From: Acidobacteriaceae bacterium
GTDB lineage: Bacteria > Acidobacteriota > Terriglobia > Terriglobales > Acidobacteriaceae
Assembly (NCBI GenBank): GCA_965276605.1
Contig: OZ255619.1
Span: 2,258,119 to 2,322,118, forward strand
DNA length: 64,000 nt
Reading direction: 5' to 3'
Shown here in pieces: positions 7,500-18,531 of the stretch. The notes under the pieces were generated by a model that was not told the origin of the DNA, searched no databases, and saw only the letters and a list, made by a program, of their open reading frames with translations. A program made the translations under genes and the position numbers. Position 1 is the stretch's first letter. Each line of letters starts with the position of its first letter.

Positions 7500-8387
7500 A
7501 TGAAGCCTGCTCTGGTCCTTCTTCCCCTAGCCTTGGCGTTCACCGTCCACGCCCAGCTCAGGAGCCATCTCGAAGCCATTGCCGCACAGGCCCACGGGCG
7601 CGTCGGCATCGCCTGTTCGTTGCCCGGCACACCACTCGATTGCAACGTGAACGCCACCGCAAAGCTGCCTATGCAGTCTGTGTACAAGCTGCCCATCGCC
7701 ATGGCGACGCTGCACGCCGTCGAAGCAGGCCGCCTCAACCTCGCAGACAAAATCGCTTTTCTCCCCGGCGACATGATCTCGCCAGGCCAGCACAGCCCTC
7801 TGCGTCAGCAGTACCCTGCGGCAGGCGTGCAGGTACCGCTTGAAAGGTTGCTGCAGCTGGCGGTCTCGGAAAGCGATGGAGTAGCTTCCGACATCCTCCT
7901 CCGCACCCTCGGCGGCCCGCCAGTTGTCGATGCCTACGTCAAAAGCCTGGGCATCCAGGGAATCCGGATCGCCGATTCTGAAAAGACGATAGGCGCCGAC
8001 ATCCATGCGCAGTACCGGAACTACGCGGAGGCTGAGGCGCTGGTATTGCTGCTGCGCAGCCTGGCGGACGACTCCCCGCTCAACGCGCAGCACACTTGGC
8101 TACTGCTCACCTGGATGACGCAGACCGGCACCGGCGAGCATCGCTTGAAGGGCCTGCTGCCGTCAGGGACCGTAGTCGCTCACAAGACCGGCACCTCCGG
8201 CGAGGATCGAGGGGTTACGCACGCCACCAACGATACCGGCCTCATCACCATGGCAGATGGCCAAAAGCTGGCCATCGCGGTGCTCATCGCGGATTCGCCC
8301 GCGCCGGAAAAAACCCGCGAAGCCGTTATCGCGCAGGTCTCCAGAGAGATCTGGCAGGCCGCCAACCGCACGAGCAAAACCCGGTAG
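7500..8387 (+). CDS. class A beta-lactamase-like serine hydrolase
   Basis: Signal peptide. S-x-x-K as SVYK; SDN position reads SDG (SESDGVASDILL); KTG as HKTGTSG. Confidence 0.75.
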   Translation: MKPALVLLPLALAFTVHAQLRSHLEAIAAQAHGRVGIACSLPGTPLDCNVNATAKLPMQSVYKLPIAMATLHAVEAGRLNLADKIAFLPGDMISPGQHSPLRQQYPAAGVQVPLERLLQLAVSESDGVASDILLRTLGGPPVVDAYVKSLGIQGIRIADSEKTIGADIHAQYRNYAEAEALVLLLRSLADDSPLNAQHTWLLLTWMTQTGTGEHRLKGLLPSGTVVAHKTGTSGEDRGVTHATNDTGLITMADGQKLAIAVLIADSPAPEKTREAVIAQVSREIWQAANRTSKTR

Positions 8388-8491
8388 CCGCTTCGGCCTT
8401 CGTACAGAGTACTTCGGGCACTTGGCGGAAGCAGGGTTGGGCGATAGCCTCTCAACAAATCCCGCTCACCGATGTCTCCTTCGAGGTCTTT

Positions 8492-9706
8492 GTGCCCGCA
8501 AACCGGCTCGCCGCCAGCCTGCCTGCTCCTGACGTTGTTCTCCCACCCACGCTGGAGCCGGCGGAGGATCCCGCCCGGCTGGCCTGGCTCGCTCTCTCGC
8601 TGACCCCCGGGCTCGGGCCGCGGCGCATCCTCCAAGCAGTCGAGCGGGTCGGCTCGGCGCTCAAACTGGCGAAGCTGCCCCTCACCGCGCTTGAAGCCCA
8701 GCGCTTCCCGGCGCCCTCGGTGCAGTTTCTTGCCGACGGGCAGGCCTGGCGCGCAGCCACCGAGGAGGCTGAGCGCCTGCGCGCGATGGGCGCGGGGTTC
8801 CTCTGCTTTGAAGATGCGCTGTACCCCGAGCGCCTGCGCGAAATCTACGACCCGCCGCCGGTCCTGTGGTTCCGCGGTAACTCTGAGCTGCTCTCCGCGC
8901 ACGGCATCGCGGTCGTCGGCACCCGCCAGCCCAGTCCCTACGGCTCCGGCATGGCGGAGCTGCTCTCCCGCGACCTGGCCAACCGCAACCTCATCATTAT
9001 GAGCGGCATGGCTCGCGGCATCGACACCTTCGCCCACAAGGGCGCCATCGCCAGCGGCAAAGCGACGGTCGCCATCTGGGGCACTGGCATCGACGTCATC
9101 TACCCAAAAGAAAACAAGGCTCTCGCCGAGCAGATCCTGGCCACCGGCGGCTGCCTCGCCACCGAGCAGCCGCTCGGCACCTACCCCGCGCCGCCTAACT
9201 TCCCCAAGCGCAACCGCATCCTCAGCGCGCTCAGCATCGGCGTGCTGGTCGTCGAGGCGGCCGAGTACTCCGGCTCCCGCGTCACCGCCCGCTGCGCCCT
9301 CGAGCAGAACCGCGACGTCTACGCCGTGCCCGGCAACGTCACCAACAAGAACTCCTGGGGCCCCAATGCGCTCATCAAGCAGGGCGCCAGGCTGGTCGCC
9401 ACCTGGGAGGATGTGTGGGAAGACCTGCCCACCCAAATCCGGGTGCAGCTTGAAGCCAGCCAGCCCGGCTTTGCGACGGAGCCGGTCGGCACCGCCGCCA
9501 CCCTGTTCGACGATGCCGGCCTGCCGCCTACCGAAACCCGGGTGCTTTCCGTCCTACGTCATGATGAGTCGCTGCAACTGGATGAAATCATGGAGGCCCT
9601 CGAAGGCGAGTACACCTCGGCCGAAATCTTTACGGCCCTGTTCGAGCTGGAGCTCGCGGGCAAGGTCAAAGCGCTCCCTGGTAAGCACTACGTCCGCAGC
9701 TTTTAG
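8492..9706 (+). CDS. dprA: DNA-processing protein DprA
   Basis: ORF 8096..9706 overlaps the previous gene, so the start is placed at GTG 8492 after GAGG. Core GIAVVGTRQPSPYGSGMA...IMSGMARGIDTFAHKGA...TVAIWGTGIDVIYPKENK. Confidence 0.85.
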   Translation: MPANRLAASLPAPDVVLPPTLEPAEDPARLAWLALSLTPGLGPRRILQAVERVGSALKLAKLPLTALEAQRFPAPSVQFLADGQAWRAATEEAERLRAMGAGFLCFEDALYPERLREIYDPPPVLWFRGNSELLSAHGIAVVGTRQPSPYGSGMAELLSRDLANRNLIIMSGMARGIDTFAHKGAIASGKATVAIWGTGIDVIYPKENKALAEQILATGGCLATEQPLGTYPAPPNFPKRNRILSALSIGVLVVEAAEYSGSRVTARCALEQNRDVYAVPGNVTNKNSWGPNALIKQGARLVATWEDVWEDLPTQIRVQLEASQPGFATEPVGTAATLFDDAGLPPTETRVLSVLRHDESLQLDEIMEALEGEYTSAEIFTALFELELAGKVKALPGKHYVRSF

Positions 9707-9738
9707 ACCTTAAGATACATCGTGATACATTGTAGTTC

Positions 9739-9996
9739 ATGGCTAGTCGAAGTACTACGGTCAGCTTCCGCATCCCTGCAGCGAAAGTCGAGGCGCTCGG
9801 CAGGCTGGCTTCCCTGCAGGATCGGGATCGCAGCTACCTGTTGAACGAAGCCGTGGAACAGTACCTGGCGCTGAACGATTTCCATACCGAACACATCCGG
9901 GAAGGCCTGCGTCAGGCAGAGCAAGGTCAACTGGTCAGTGATGAGGCAGCACAGGCACACATGCAGGCGCTTGTGGATCGGGCAAATCGCGGGTGA
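9739..9996 (+). CDS. ribbon-helix-helix (CopG/ParD-like) antitoxin
   Basis: 85 aa. N-terminal beta-strand TTVSFRIPAAKVEAL. Overlaps the toxin start by 4 nt (GTGA). Confidence 0.75.
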   Translation: MASRSTTVSFRIPAAKVEALGRLASLQDRDRSYLLNEAVEQYLALNDFHTEHIREGLRQAEQGQLVSDEAAQAHMQALVDRANRG

Positions 9997-10283
9997 GTTC
10001 GGCCGTACAGTGGAGCGAGCTGGCCCTCTCAGATCTCGCATCGATTGCGGATTTTCTATCCAGTCAGAGCCCCGCCGTCCTGGAAAGCCAGTTTCGGCTG
10101 ATCCAGGCCTCCGTTCACAGCCTCATGCTATTTCCTGAGAAAGGCCGAACAGGCCGAGTGGAAGGCACACGCGAACTGGTTGCTCATGGCACTCCCTATA
10201 TCGTCGCTTACGTCGCTCGCAAGCACCAGATCGAGGTGCTCGCTGTCATCCATGGCGCCCGGCGCTGGCCAAGCCGCCTTTGA
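9993..10283 (+). CDS. RelE/ParE-family toxin
   Basis: 96 aa. W-x-x-x-A-x-x-DL...FPEKGR...RELV...YIVAY...IEVLAVIHGARR pattern of ParE-type toxins. Confidence 0.8.
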   Translation: MSSAVQWSELALSDLASIADFLSSQSPAVLESQFRLIQASVHSLMLFPEKGRTGRVEGTRELVAHGTPYIVAYVARKHQIEVLAVIHGARRWPSRL

Positions 10284-10581
10284 CTGCGAGGCCGTATAGA
10301 CCGCCAATTCTCGCGGGGTTGGAACCAAACTGCCAGCTGGCGCATCGGACGATATGCCTGCGATGGACCGAAAGTGGTCCATGGCGCATCGGACAAGAGA
10401 GTCCAGCGCCCCGGTCCCAGTCAGAAGTTCCGGTTAGAGCCCCGGTCAGACGGTCTCGCAGAACAACAATTTCTGCCACTGCTGGCCCCCACGGGGAGGC
10501 CCGTGGTAGCTTCCAGTAGATTTACGCTGTAGCCGGCAAGCGCCCCGAACTGCGCGCGGCAAACAAGCAAGGACCCCCAAA

Positions 10582-13503
10582 ATGAGCAAATCTCTCGTGA
10601 TCGTCGAGTCGCCGGCCAAGGCCAAGACGATCAATAAATACCTGGGCGCGGACTTCATCGTCGAAGCCTCGCTCGGCCATATCAAGGACCTGCCCAAGTC
10701 GAAAATCGGCGTCGATCTGGACGGCGGATCGTTCCGCCCCGACCTGATCGTGATCCCCGGCAAGGAAAAAGTTGTCGACCACCTGAAGAAGCTCGCGAAA
10801 AAGGTTGACCATATCTACCTGGCGCCTGATCCCGACCGCGAAGGGGAAGCCATTGCCGCCCATCTTGAGGAGGAGCTGCGCGGGGTCGGCAACAACGACA
10901 TCCAGCGCGTGACCTTCAACGAGATCACGCCCAAGGCGGTCAAGGCCGCGTTTGAGAACGCCCGCAAGGTCAACGTGAACCTGGTGGACGCGCAGCAGAC
11001 GCGCCGGGTTCTGGACCGCATCGTCGGCTACCAGATCTCACCGCTGCTGTGGGATAAGGTCCGCCGCGGGCTTTCGGCCGGCCGGGTCCAGACAGTCGCC
11101 GTGCGTCTGATCGTCGAACGTGAGAGCGAGATCAAGGCGTTCAAGCCGGTCGAGTACTGGACAGTGGATGCAGTACTTGAAGTTCCCGGCCACGCCGGCA
11201 GCGCTGAACCGACGCTCTTCACAGCTCGCCTCGTCGCAATCGATGGCGAGCGCATTGCCGTTGAGACCGTCAGTCAGCCCGCGCTGCCCGACGGCCCAGC
11301 CGCTCGCGCCGCTGTCGAGGGCGCGTCCAGAGCCAGCTGGCAGGTCCGCTCGGTCGAGCGTAAAGAGCGCAAGCGCAATCCTCCCGCTCCCTTCACCACC
11401 AGCAAGCTGCAGCAGGACGCCGCCGGCAAGCTCGGCTACGGGGTCAAGCAGACCATGGGCCTGGCCCAGCGCCTGTATGAGGGCGTGGAGATCGGCAAGG
11501 ACGAGGCCGGGGAATCGAACACCGTCGGCCTCATCACCTACATGCGTACCGACTCGACCCGCGTCTCGCCGGACGCGATCACGGAGACCCGCGATTGGAT
11601 CGGCCAGCAGCTCGGTGAACAGTACCTGCCCGAGAAGCCCAATGTTTTCAAAAGCAAGAAGGACGCGCAGGATGCCCATGAGGCCATCCGCCCCACCCAC
11701 CCGGAGATGCATCCGGACTCCCTGCGCAGGTACCTCAGCGATGCCGAGCTGCGGCTCTACCGGCTGATCTGGCAGCGTTTTGTCGCTTCGCAGATGATGC
11801 CGGCGGTCTTCGACGTGACCACCGTCGAGATCGACGCCAAAAGCGACCGGACCTACAACTTCCGGCTGTCCGGTTCAGTGCTGAAGTTCGACGGGTTCCT
11901 CAAAGTGTACGAGGACGCGGAAGACGGCGATGAGGAGCAGAAGCTGCCGGCGTTGCAGGAGAAGCAGGCGCTCGAACTGGCCTCCCCGGCAGCGCTCGAA
12001 GCAGCCGCGGTCAGGCAGCGCGACGCCCGCCGGGCCGAGGCGCGCCGCCAGTACGAGATGAAGAAGGCCAGGATCGAGGCCCGCGCCGAAGACCAGGAGC
12101 TCGACGACGATGCCACCGGAGAGATGCTCAAGGCGATGCTGCCGGAGCTCGCCGAAGAGTCAGAGGCGGAGCTGAAGGTGCGTCAGGCAGTCGACACGGT
12201 GCAGAAGTTCACCGAGCCGCCGCCCCGCTACTCCGAGGCGTCGCTGGTCAAGGTGCTCGAAGAGCGCGGCATCGGCCGCCCGTCCACCTACGCCGCCATC
12301 ATCAACACCATCCAGGAGCGCGAGTACGTCCAGAAAGTAGGCGGCAAGCGCAACGGCGGCTTCATCCCGACCGAAATCGGCACCGTCGTCGCCGAGCTGC
12401 TGGTCAAGAACTTCCCATACATCTTCGATACGGCGTACACGGCCCGGCTCGAAACCGAGCTCGACGACATCGAGGATGGCAAGGAGCAGTGGACCGCGCT
12501 GCTGCAGGGCTTCTACGGTCACCTGAAAAAGGAGCTCACCCACGCAAGCGAGCACATGGAAGACCTGAAGCGCATGGAGGTCAAGACCGACCAGACCTGC
12601 GACCTGTGCGGCTCGCCGTTGGTGATGAAGTGGGGCAAGTTCGGCACCTTTTACGCCTGCAGCGCCTATGACAAGAAGGTGAAGGGCAGCTGCACCTTTA
12701 CCAAGGAGAACTACGACACCAAACCGAACCTGAACCTGCCTGAGGCCGACGCCGAAGACAAGGAAGAGTTCTGCGAGGCCTGCGGACGCCCGATGGTTCT
12801 ACGCAATGGCCGCTTCGGTCCGTTCATGGCCTGCACCGGCTACAACGCCGATCCACCCTGCAAGACCGTGCGCCGCCTGACCTCAAAGCAGCAGCAGAAA
12901 CCTGCAGTGCCGCTTGATGAAAACTGCCCCAAGTGTAACTCTCAACTGGTGTTACGCACCGGGCAATACGGCGAGTTCGTCTCCTGCTCGGCCTACCCCA
13001 AGTGCAAATACGTCAAGCAGGACACCATCGGCATGCACTGCCCCAAGTGCGCCGACGGCGAAGTCGTGCAGAAGAAATCCCGCTTCGGGACGATGTTTTA
13101 CTCCTGCACCAACTATCCCAAGTGCGCCTTTACGGCGAACCATAAGCCGGTCGACCAGCACTGCCCGGAGTGCGACAGCCCCTACCTGATGGAGAAGACG
13201 CTCAAGTCAGGCGTGTACCTCGTCTGCCCAAACAATAAGAAGGGTGCCCTCGCCGCGGAAAAAACGGAAAAGACAGACAAGAAAGGGAAAAAGGCTGCAG
13301 CACCGGCCGAACCCGGCGACGCAATCGTCTGCACCTTCACCGAACGAATCGGCGATGCGCCCGGCGCCGACAGTTCAGCGGAGCCGGCTGCGAAAGCGAT
13401 CATGCCGGCAAAGGTCGATGCGAAGAAGGCGCCAGCGAAGAAAAGCGCCCAGAGCAGGACGAAAACCGCAAGCGAACCCAAGCGCGAGAGCGTCGCCGTC
13501 TAG
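10582..13503 (+). CDS. topA: DNA topoisomerase I
   Basis: TOPRIM N-terminus SLVIVESPAKAKTINKYLG, YMRTDS active-site region, and five C-terminal Cys-rich zinc-ribbon repeats (CDLCGSP, CEACGRP, CPKCNSQ, CPKCADG, CPECDSP). Confidence 0.97.
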   Translation: MSKSLVIVESPAKAKTINKYLGADFIVEASLGHIKDLPKSKIGVDLDGGSFRPDLIVIPGKEKVVDHLKKLAKKVDHIYLAPDPDREGEAIAAHLEEELRGVGNNDIQRVTFNEITPKAVKAAFENARKVNVNLVDAQQTRRVLDRIVGYQISPLLWDKVRRGLSAGRVQTVAVRLIVERESEIKAFKPVEYWTVDAVLEVPGHAGSAEPTLFTARLVAIDGERIAVETVSQPALPDGPAARAAVEGASRASWQVRSVERKERKRNPPAPFTTSKLQQDAAGKLGYGVKQTMGLAQRLYEGVEIGKDEAGESNTVGLITYMRTDSTRVSPDAITETRDWIGQQLGEQYLPEKPNVFKSKKDAQDAHEAIRPTHPEMHPDSLRRYLSDAELRLYRLIWQRFVASQMMPAVFDVTTVEIDAKSDRTYNFRLSGSVLKFDGFLKVYEDAEDGDEEQKLPALQEKQALELASPAALEAAAVRQRDARRAEARRQYEMKKARIEARAEDQELDDDATGEMLKAMLPELAEESEAELKVRQAVDTVQKFTEPPPRYSEASLVKVLEERGIGRPSTYAAIINTIQEREYVQKVGGKRNGGFIPTEIGTVVAELLVKNFPYIFDTAYTARLETELDDIEDGKEQWTALLQGFYGHLKKELTHASEHMEDLKRMEVKTDQTCDLCGSPLVMKWGKFGTFYACSAYDKKVKGSCTFTKENYDTKPNLNLPEADAEDKEEFCEACGRPMVLRNGRFGPFMACTGYNADPPCKTVRRLTSKQQQKPAVPLDENCPKCNSQLVLRTGQYGEFVSCSAYPKCKYVKQDTIGMHCPKCADGEVVQKKSRFGTMFYSCTNYPKCAFTANHKPVDQHCPECDSPYLMEKTLKSGVYLVCPNNKKGALAAEKTEKTDKKGKKAAAPAEPGDAIVCTFTERIGDAPGADSSAEPAAKAIMPAKVDAKKAPAKKSAQSRTKTASEPKRESVAV

Positions 13504-13561
13504 CTCTGCTGAAAATCCCTGCAATATCTGCTAAGTTCAAGATGAAAGTGAGAGGCACACG

Positions 13562-13846
13562 ATGGCACGCGCAACCTGGAACGGCAAAACGATCGCCGAG
13601 GGCGAACAGTTTGAGATGGTAGAGGGCAACGTCTATTTTCACGAGAGCGCGCTCAAGCGTGAATACTTCCGCCCCAGCTCGACCACCTCGACCTGCCCTT
13701 GGAAGGGCCAGGCCCGGTACTACTCGCTCTTGATTGAAGGCCAGGAGAACCAGGACGCCGCCTGGTACTACCCCGACCCCAAGCCGGCCGCGCACAATAT
13801 CAAGAACCATGTCGCCTTCTGGCGCGGCGTAGAGGTCGAGAAGTAG
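13562..13846 (+). CDS. DUF427-domain protein
   Basis: WNGKTIAE...EGNVYFH...STCPWKGQARYYSL...AAWYYPDPKPAA...VAFW matches the DUF427 pattern. Confidence 0.85.
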   Translation: MARATWNGKTIAEGEQFEMVEGNVYFHESALKREYFRPSSTTSTCPWKGQARYYSLLIEGQENQDAAWYYPDPKPAAHNIKNHVAFWRGVEVEK

Positions 13847-13859
13847 CGCATGCGGGGCG

Positions 13860-14138
13860 CTACCGGTCTTCGCGGGCATTCCACACCCGCAGGATAGCTA
13901 TCTCATGGCGCGTAATCTCATACCTCGATTCATAGCTGCCTACGATCAGGCGCCGGACCTCTCGCAACTGATCCAGATCCTCAATTTTCTGCCCAAGTCG
14001 GGGATGCTCTGCGAGGCGCCTGGTTGCTGCACTTAGTTGGCGGGCCACCTTCTTTGATGTCCCCTCAGCCTCAGGCAGGAGAAACGCGCATAGCCGGCTG
14101 AGATCATGCAGAGCCTCTGGTGTCCAACGAACCAGCAT
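13860..14138 (-). CDS. RelE/ParE-family toxin
   Basis: 92 aa. WTPEALHDL...HPRLGQ...REVRRLIVGSYESRYEI...IAILRVWNARE. The ATG directly abuts the antitoxin stop (TAAATG). Confidence 0.8.
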   Translation of the reverse strand: MLVRWTPEALHDLSRLCAFLLPEAEGTSKKVARQLSAATRRLAEHPRLGQKIEDLDQLREVRRLIVGSYESRYEITRHEIAILRVWNAREDR

Positions 14139-14420
14139 TTAGCGAGGCAACGGCAGCTGTACAGTCGGCAACGGGAGTTCGTTCTGCGTTCCCAGGCTCT
14201 CGACCCAGGCCTCGACTTGCTCCTGTGGAATCAGACGCCCAGCTTCCACGCTCGCCATCGCTTCCAGGGTCAAAAGCCTGCGGTGTTCCTCAAGCGCCAG
14301 ATAATCGCCGAGCGCGTCCGAAAGCACGGCATCCCGGTCACGGCCCTCACTCGCAGCTCGCGCTTCAAGCCGCGCCACGATCTCAGCCTCAGCGAAAAAC
14401 TTGACTTCCTGCATACTCAT
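14139..14420 (-). CDS. ribbon-helix-helix (CopG/ParD-like) antitoxin
   Basis: 93 aa. Shares DRD...L...A...YLAL(E/N)..H...G......E.G.L with the antitoxin at 9739..9996. Confidence 0.7.
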   Translation of the reverse strand: MSMQEVKFFAEAEIVARLEARAASEGRDRDAVLSDALGDYLALEEHRRLLTLEAMASVEAGRLIPQEQVEAWVESLGTQNELPLPTVQLPLPR

Positions 14421-14543
14421 ATCTTTGCAGTTTACAGAATCATGAGAAGTTCTGACATGACTTCAAGGTTGGGGAGTCTAACCGTGTGTTTAAAGCCTGC
14501 TAACAAAAGCCACGGCTTCTTTCTAGCGTGTAGCCGGCACCCA

Positions 14544-16004
14544 TCAGTAAGCCTGCAGCTGCTCCACCGGCAAACGCACTTGAAAGCACGTCGCCTCGGG
14601 CGTGCTCTGCACCCGCACGTAGCCGCGATGCTTGCGCACGATTCGCTGCACCATATCCAGTCCCAAACCCAGCCCCTTACCCGGCGCACGCGTGGTGAAG
14701 AACGGCTCAAAGATGCGGTCCCGCAACTCCGGCGGAATCCCGTTGCCGTTGTCCCAGATCTCGGTCAGCAGCAGCGGACCCGACACCGTGGCACTGATCG
14801 TCACCTTGCCGCCTTCACCGCGGCTGTCCTCGATCGAGTCAAGCGCGTTCTCAAGCAGCGCCATCCACACCTGATTTAGCTCCGAGCCATACGCTGAGAT
14901 CGTTGGCAGGTTTTCGTCGTAGCGGCGCTCAATCTCCACACCGCTGAACCGCGACTGCAGCATCGCCAGCGTGTTCTCAATACCCTGCGGAATGCTGATC
15001 TCCTGGATGGGCGCCTGGTCCATGTAGGAGTAGTCCTTGATCGCGCCGATCAGGTCGAAGATGCGCGCCGTCGCATCCACCATCGCCTCGGTCATGTGCT
15101 CGGCGCGCAGCGAGGAGGCGAACTGGCGCAGAACCACGTCAACTCCGCGTCCATCGAGCGCGGTATACAAGCGGTCTAGGTCTGCTGCCTCCACCCCGCG
15201 TTCGGTCAGCTCCGGCGTGCTCTGCCAGCTCTTCTCGTCTACGTTGCGGCTCCTGAACCAGGCGGTCAGCGCGTCTTCGCGCGCCGCCATGTCGAGCGTC
15301 TCCGCAAGGCCGGAGCGATGCCGCATCTCGTCCTGCCAGGCCCGCACCGCGGCAATCTCTGCATCCTTCAGGCAAATCGCGCCTAGCTCGTACTTCTGCT
15401 GGCCGTAGATACGCAGCTCGTCCAACAGCCCTGAAGCTGCCCTCTGCGCGGCCGAAGCCGGATTGTTCAGCTCGTGCGCCAGGTTGCCGGCCAGCTTGCC
15501 CAGCGCGTTCAGCTTTTCCGCCTGCTGCTCAATGCGCGTCACCTCTCGCACCCGGTCCAGCAGCATGCTCACCGATCGCTGCGCCATCGACGGAATCGCT
15601 GCCAGCATCGCGTCGAACAGCGAGTGGTCAATGATGAGCGCCCACACGTCGCCTACCGCGAACCCGATACCGCCGTACGTCTTCATCCGCGAGAACGGCA
15701 GCAGGCCCGTGAGCGCGCCCGACCTGCCGATAAACAGGGGCAGCGAGCCGTACTCGCGCCGCACATGGATCTCTCCGCGCAACAAGATGCTCATCGATGT
15801 CGCGGTCTGGCCCTCGTGGAACAGGATATCCCCCGTAACAGCAACCCGCTCCAGCGCGTGCTCGGCCAGCCATGCGTACTCTTCGCTCGTAAGGCCCTGC
15901 AGCGCCGCTATCTTTTCCAGCGCAGCCACAATTTCCTCGCGCGGGGTAGGCGTCGCCGGGGCCGCGCCGGGGTGCAGTTCAGGAGTAGTCGTCGTGGCGC
16001 TCAT
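14544..16004 (-). CDS. sensor histidine kinase with N-terminal cyclic-nucleotide-binding-like domain
   Basis: H-box [15 protein letters not shown]; ATPase boxes [22 protein letters not shown]-terminal [24 protein letters not shown] resembles a cNMP-binding beta-barrel. No adjacent response regulator. Confidence 0.8.
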   Translation of the reverse strand: MSATTTTPELHPGAAPATPTPREEIVAALEKIAALQGLTSEEYAWLAEHALERVAVTGDILFHEGQTATSMSILLRGEIHVRREYGSLPLFIGRSGALTGLLPFSRMKTYGGIGFAVGDVWALIIDHSLFDAMLAAIPSMAQRSVSMLLDRVREVTRIEQQAEKLNALGKLAGNLAHELNNPASAAQRAASGLLDELRIYGQQKYELGAICLKDAEIAAVRAWQDEMRHRSGLAETLDMAAREDALTAWFRSRNVDEKSWQSTPELTERGVEAADLDRLYTALDGRGVDVVLRQFASSLRAEHMTEAMVDATARIFDLIGAIKDYSYMDQAPIQEISIPQGIENTLAMLQSRFSGVEIERRYDENLPTISAYGSELNQVWMALLENALDSIEDSRGEGGKVTISATVSGPLLLTEIWDNGNGIPPELRDRIFEPFFTTRAPGKGLGLGLDMVQRIVRKHRGYVRVQSTPEATCFQVRLPVEQLQAY

Positions 16005-16056
16005 ACGTGTGTGCCCATCCTACTCCTCGCCCGGCGGCGCGCTGCGTCAGGAAATG

Positions 16057-16551
16057 TCAGTTGCTGTGCGGCTGCTGCATCTCGCGCTTGCGCGTCGGCA
16101 TGGCGTCAATCGTGTGGTTAAACCTCTCCGGCCCAATGGGTGCGCCGCTGGTCAGCTTCGCTCCTCCATCCTCCCCCAGCAGCACCACCCGGAAGCTGCC
16201 CGGGGCTACCCCGAAGCGCTTGCGCAGTGCTGCCTTCTCACGCTCCGGCAACTCCGCGGCCGCGGCGTCCAGCGGCGCCTTGTAGCCCTGCGCGTGGTCC
16301 AGCACCGGCACAAACAGCATATTGCGATCCATCATGTCGTCGGCCGCGCTGTCGAGCAAGGCCTCCTGCTTCCTGAGCCGCGGGTCGGTTCCCGCGGGGC
16401 TGAAGACCAGCAGCGGCCGGTAGCAGCCGCGCATCGCCGCCACATTTTGCGGATGCATCGGGCAGCCGGCACGGGCCTGTCCATGCGCCGGAAACGCGTA
16501 TGAGGCAAGTGCCGCAAGCGCCAGCGAAACAGGGAAGCGTGCCGCTCGCAT
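16057..16551 (-). CDS. DUF4174-domain secreted protein
   Basis: ATG 16551 (MRAARFPVSLALAALASYAFPAHG signal). YRPLLVFSP...FRVVLLGEDGGAKL...IDAMPTRKREM pattern. Confidence 0.75.
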   Translation of the reverse strand: MRAARFPVSLALAALASYAFPAHGQARAGCPMHPQNVAAMRGCYRPLLVFSPAGTDPRLRKQEALLDSAADDMMDRNMLFVPVLDHAQGYKAPLDAAAAELPEREKAALRKRFGVAPGSFRVVLLGEDGGAKLTSGAPIGPERFNHTIDAMPTRKREMQQPHSN

Positions 16552-16728
16552 GGTCTTTGCTGGTCTCCTCTCTGCAGCGCTCGAACTACTCCCCAGACCA
16601 CTGGAACACACTGACAAGGATGTCTCCGGAGCAAAGCGGCAGCACTCGCGCCCAAGGGTCTGCTCCACACTCGCGCGCACCGTCGCAGGGATGCCATCCC
16701 TCTGCATCACGTTTTCTGAATCGCAGCT

Positions 16729-17823
<1,095 letters not shown>

Positions 17824-17911
17824 TCACTGTTGTTATGCAACTCTGGCTGTTACAAAAGCCCCGCTGGCAACCGGTCTCAGGCTCCTGTCTGTTCCACCCT
17901 CGACCATCTTC

Positions 17912-18502
17912 TCACTCCTCAAACCGGTGCTCGCCCGTGACATCCGGCTCCAGCACCTCGGCCTCATGTTCATCGCCTGCGATCCCCGGCACCCGCATCG
18001 CGCCCAGCACCCGCGAGCCATGCTTGCCGCGCCGCATCACCATCCGCCCCGTACGCGCCACTTCGAGCACCGCATCGCCGCTCTCCTCCAGCACCTGGAT
18101 CAGTCCCTCGATCTTGCTTTCCACCCCCGTGAGCTCGATCATCAGCGACTCTTTTGCCAGATCGACGATGCGCGCCCGGAAGACCTCGACCAGCTCGAAG
18201 ATGTGCGAGCGTGTCTGCGGCGTCGCCGCGACCTTGATCAGCGCAAGCTCGCGCGTAACCGTCGCCTGCGCTCCCACATCCTCTACGCTGATCACGTTTT
18301 CGAGCTTATAAAGGCTCGCCGCGATCCGGTGCCCCGCTGTCGTCGAAGCCTCCGTCACAATTGTCATCCGCGAGGTGCCAGGCCGCTCCGACCGGCCCAC
18401 CACCAGCGAGTAGATGTTGATGTTCAGCCGGCGGAAGAGCAGCGAAACGCGGCTCAGTACGCCCGGCTTGTCTTCTACTAGTGCGACAAAGGTATGCAGC
18501 AT
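17912..18502 (-). CDS. ilvN: acetolactate synthase small (regulatory) subunit
   Basis: ACT domain HTFVALVEDKPGVLSRVSLLFRRLNINIYSLVVG. Directly downstream of ilvB. Confidence 0.92.
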   Translation of the reverse strand: MLHTFVALVEDKPGVLSRVSLLFRRLNINIYSLVVGRSERPGTSRMTIVTEASTTAGHRIAASLYKLENVISVEDVGAQATVTRELALIKVAATPQTRSHIFELVEVFRARIVDLAKESLMIELTGVESKIEGLIQVLEESGDAVLEVARTGRMVMRRGKHGSRVLGAMRVPGIAGDEHEAEVLEPDVTGEHRFEE

Positions 18503-18531
18503 GGTCCTTCTTCTTTCTGCTACAGCAATGG

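Noticed and set aside
10338-10394. 13-bp direct repeat TGGCGCATCGGAC (10338-10350 and 10382-10394) flanking a hairpin ATGGACC-GAAAGT-GGTCCAT, plus a CCACGGG-GAGG-CCCGTGG hairpin at ~10490-10507. Both lie in the 300-bp spacer upstream of topA and were considered as an ncRNA or operator.
   Set aside because: I could not match them to any known RNA family or to the other repeat families in the window, and there is no second copy. On this evidence they are indistinguishable from ordinary promoter-region structure.
9993-13503. Functional coupling between the ParE-type toxins and the adjacent topoisomerase I gene.
   Set aside because: ParE toxins are known to act on gyrase, not Topo I. Toxin-antitoxin modules insert promiscuously, and adjacency alone is not evidence.
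14480-14530. Possible degenerate fourth copy of the structured repeat core (CCGTGTGTTTAAAGCCTGCTAACAAAAGCCACGGC ... CTAG).
   Set aside because: Only the AAAAGCCAC half and a nearby CTAG match. The complementary half of the hairpin and the inverted outer arms are missing.
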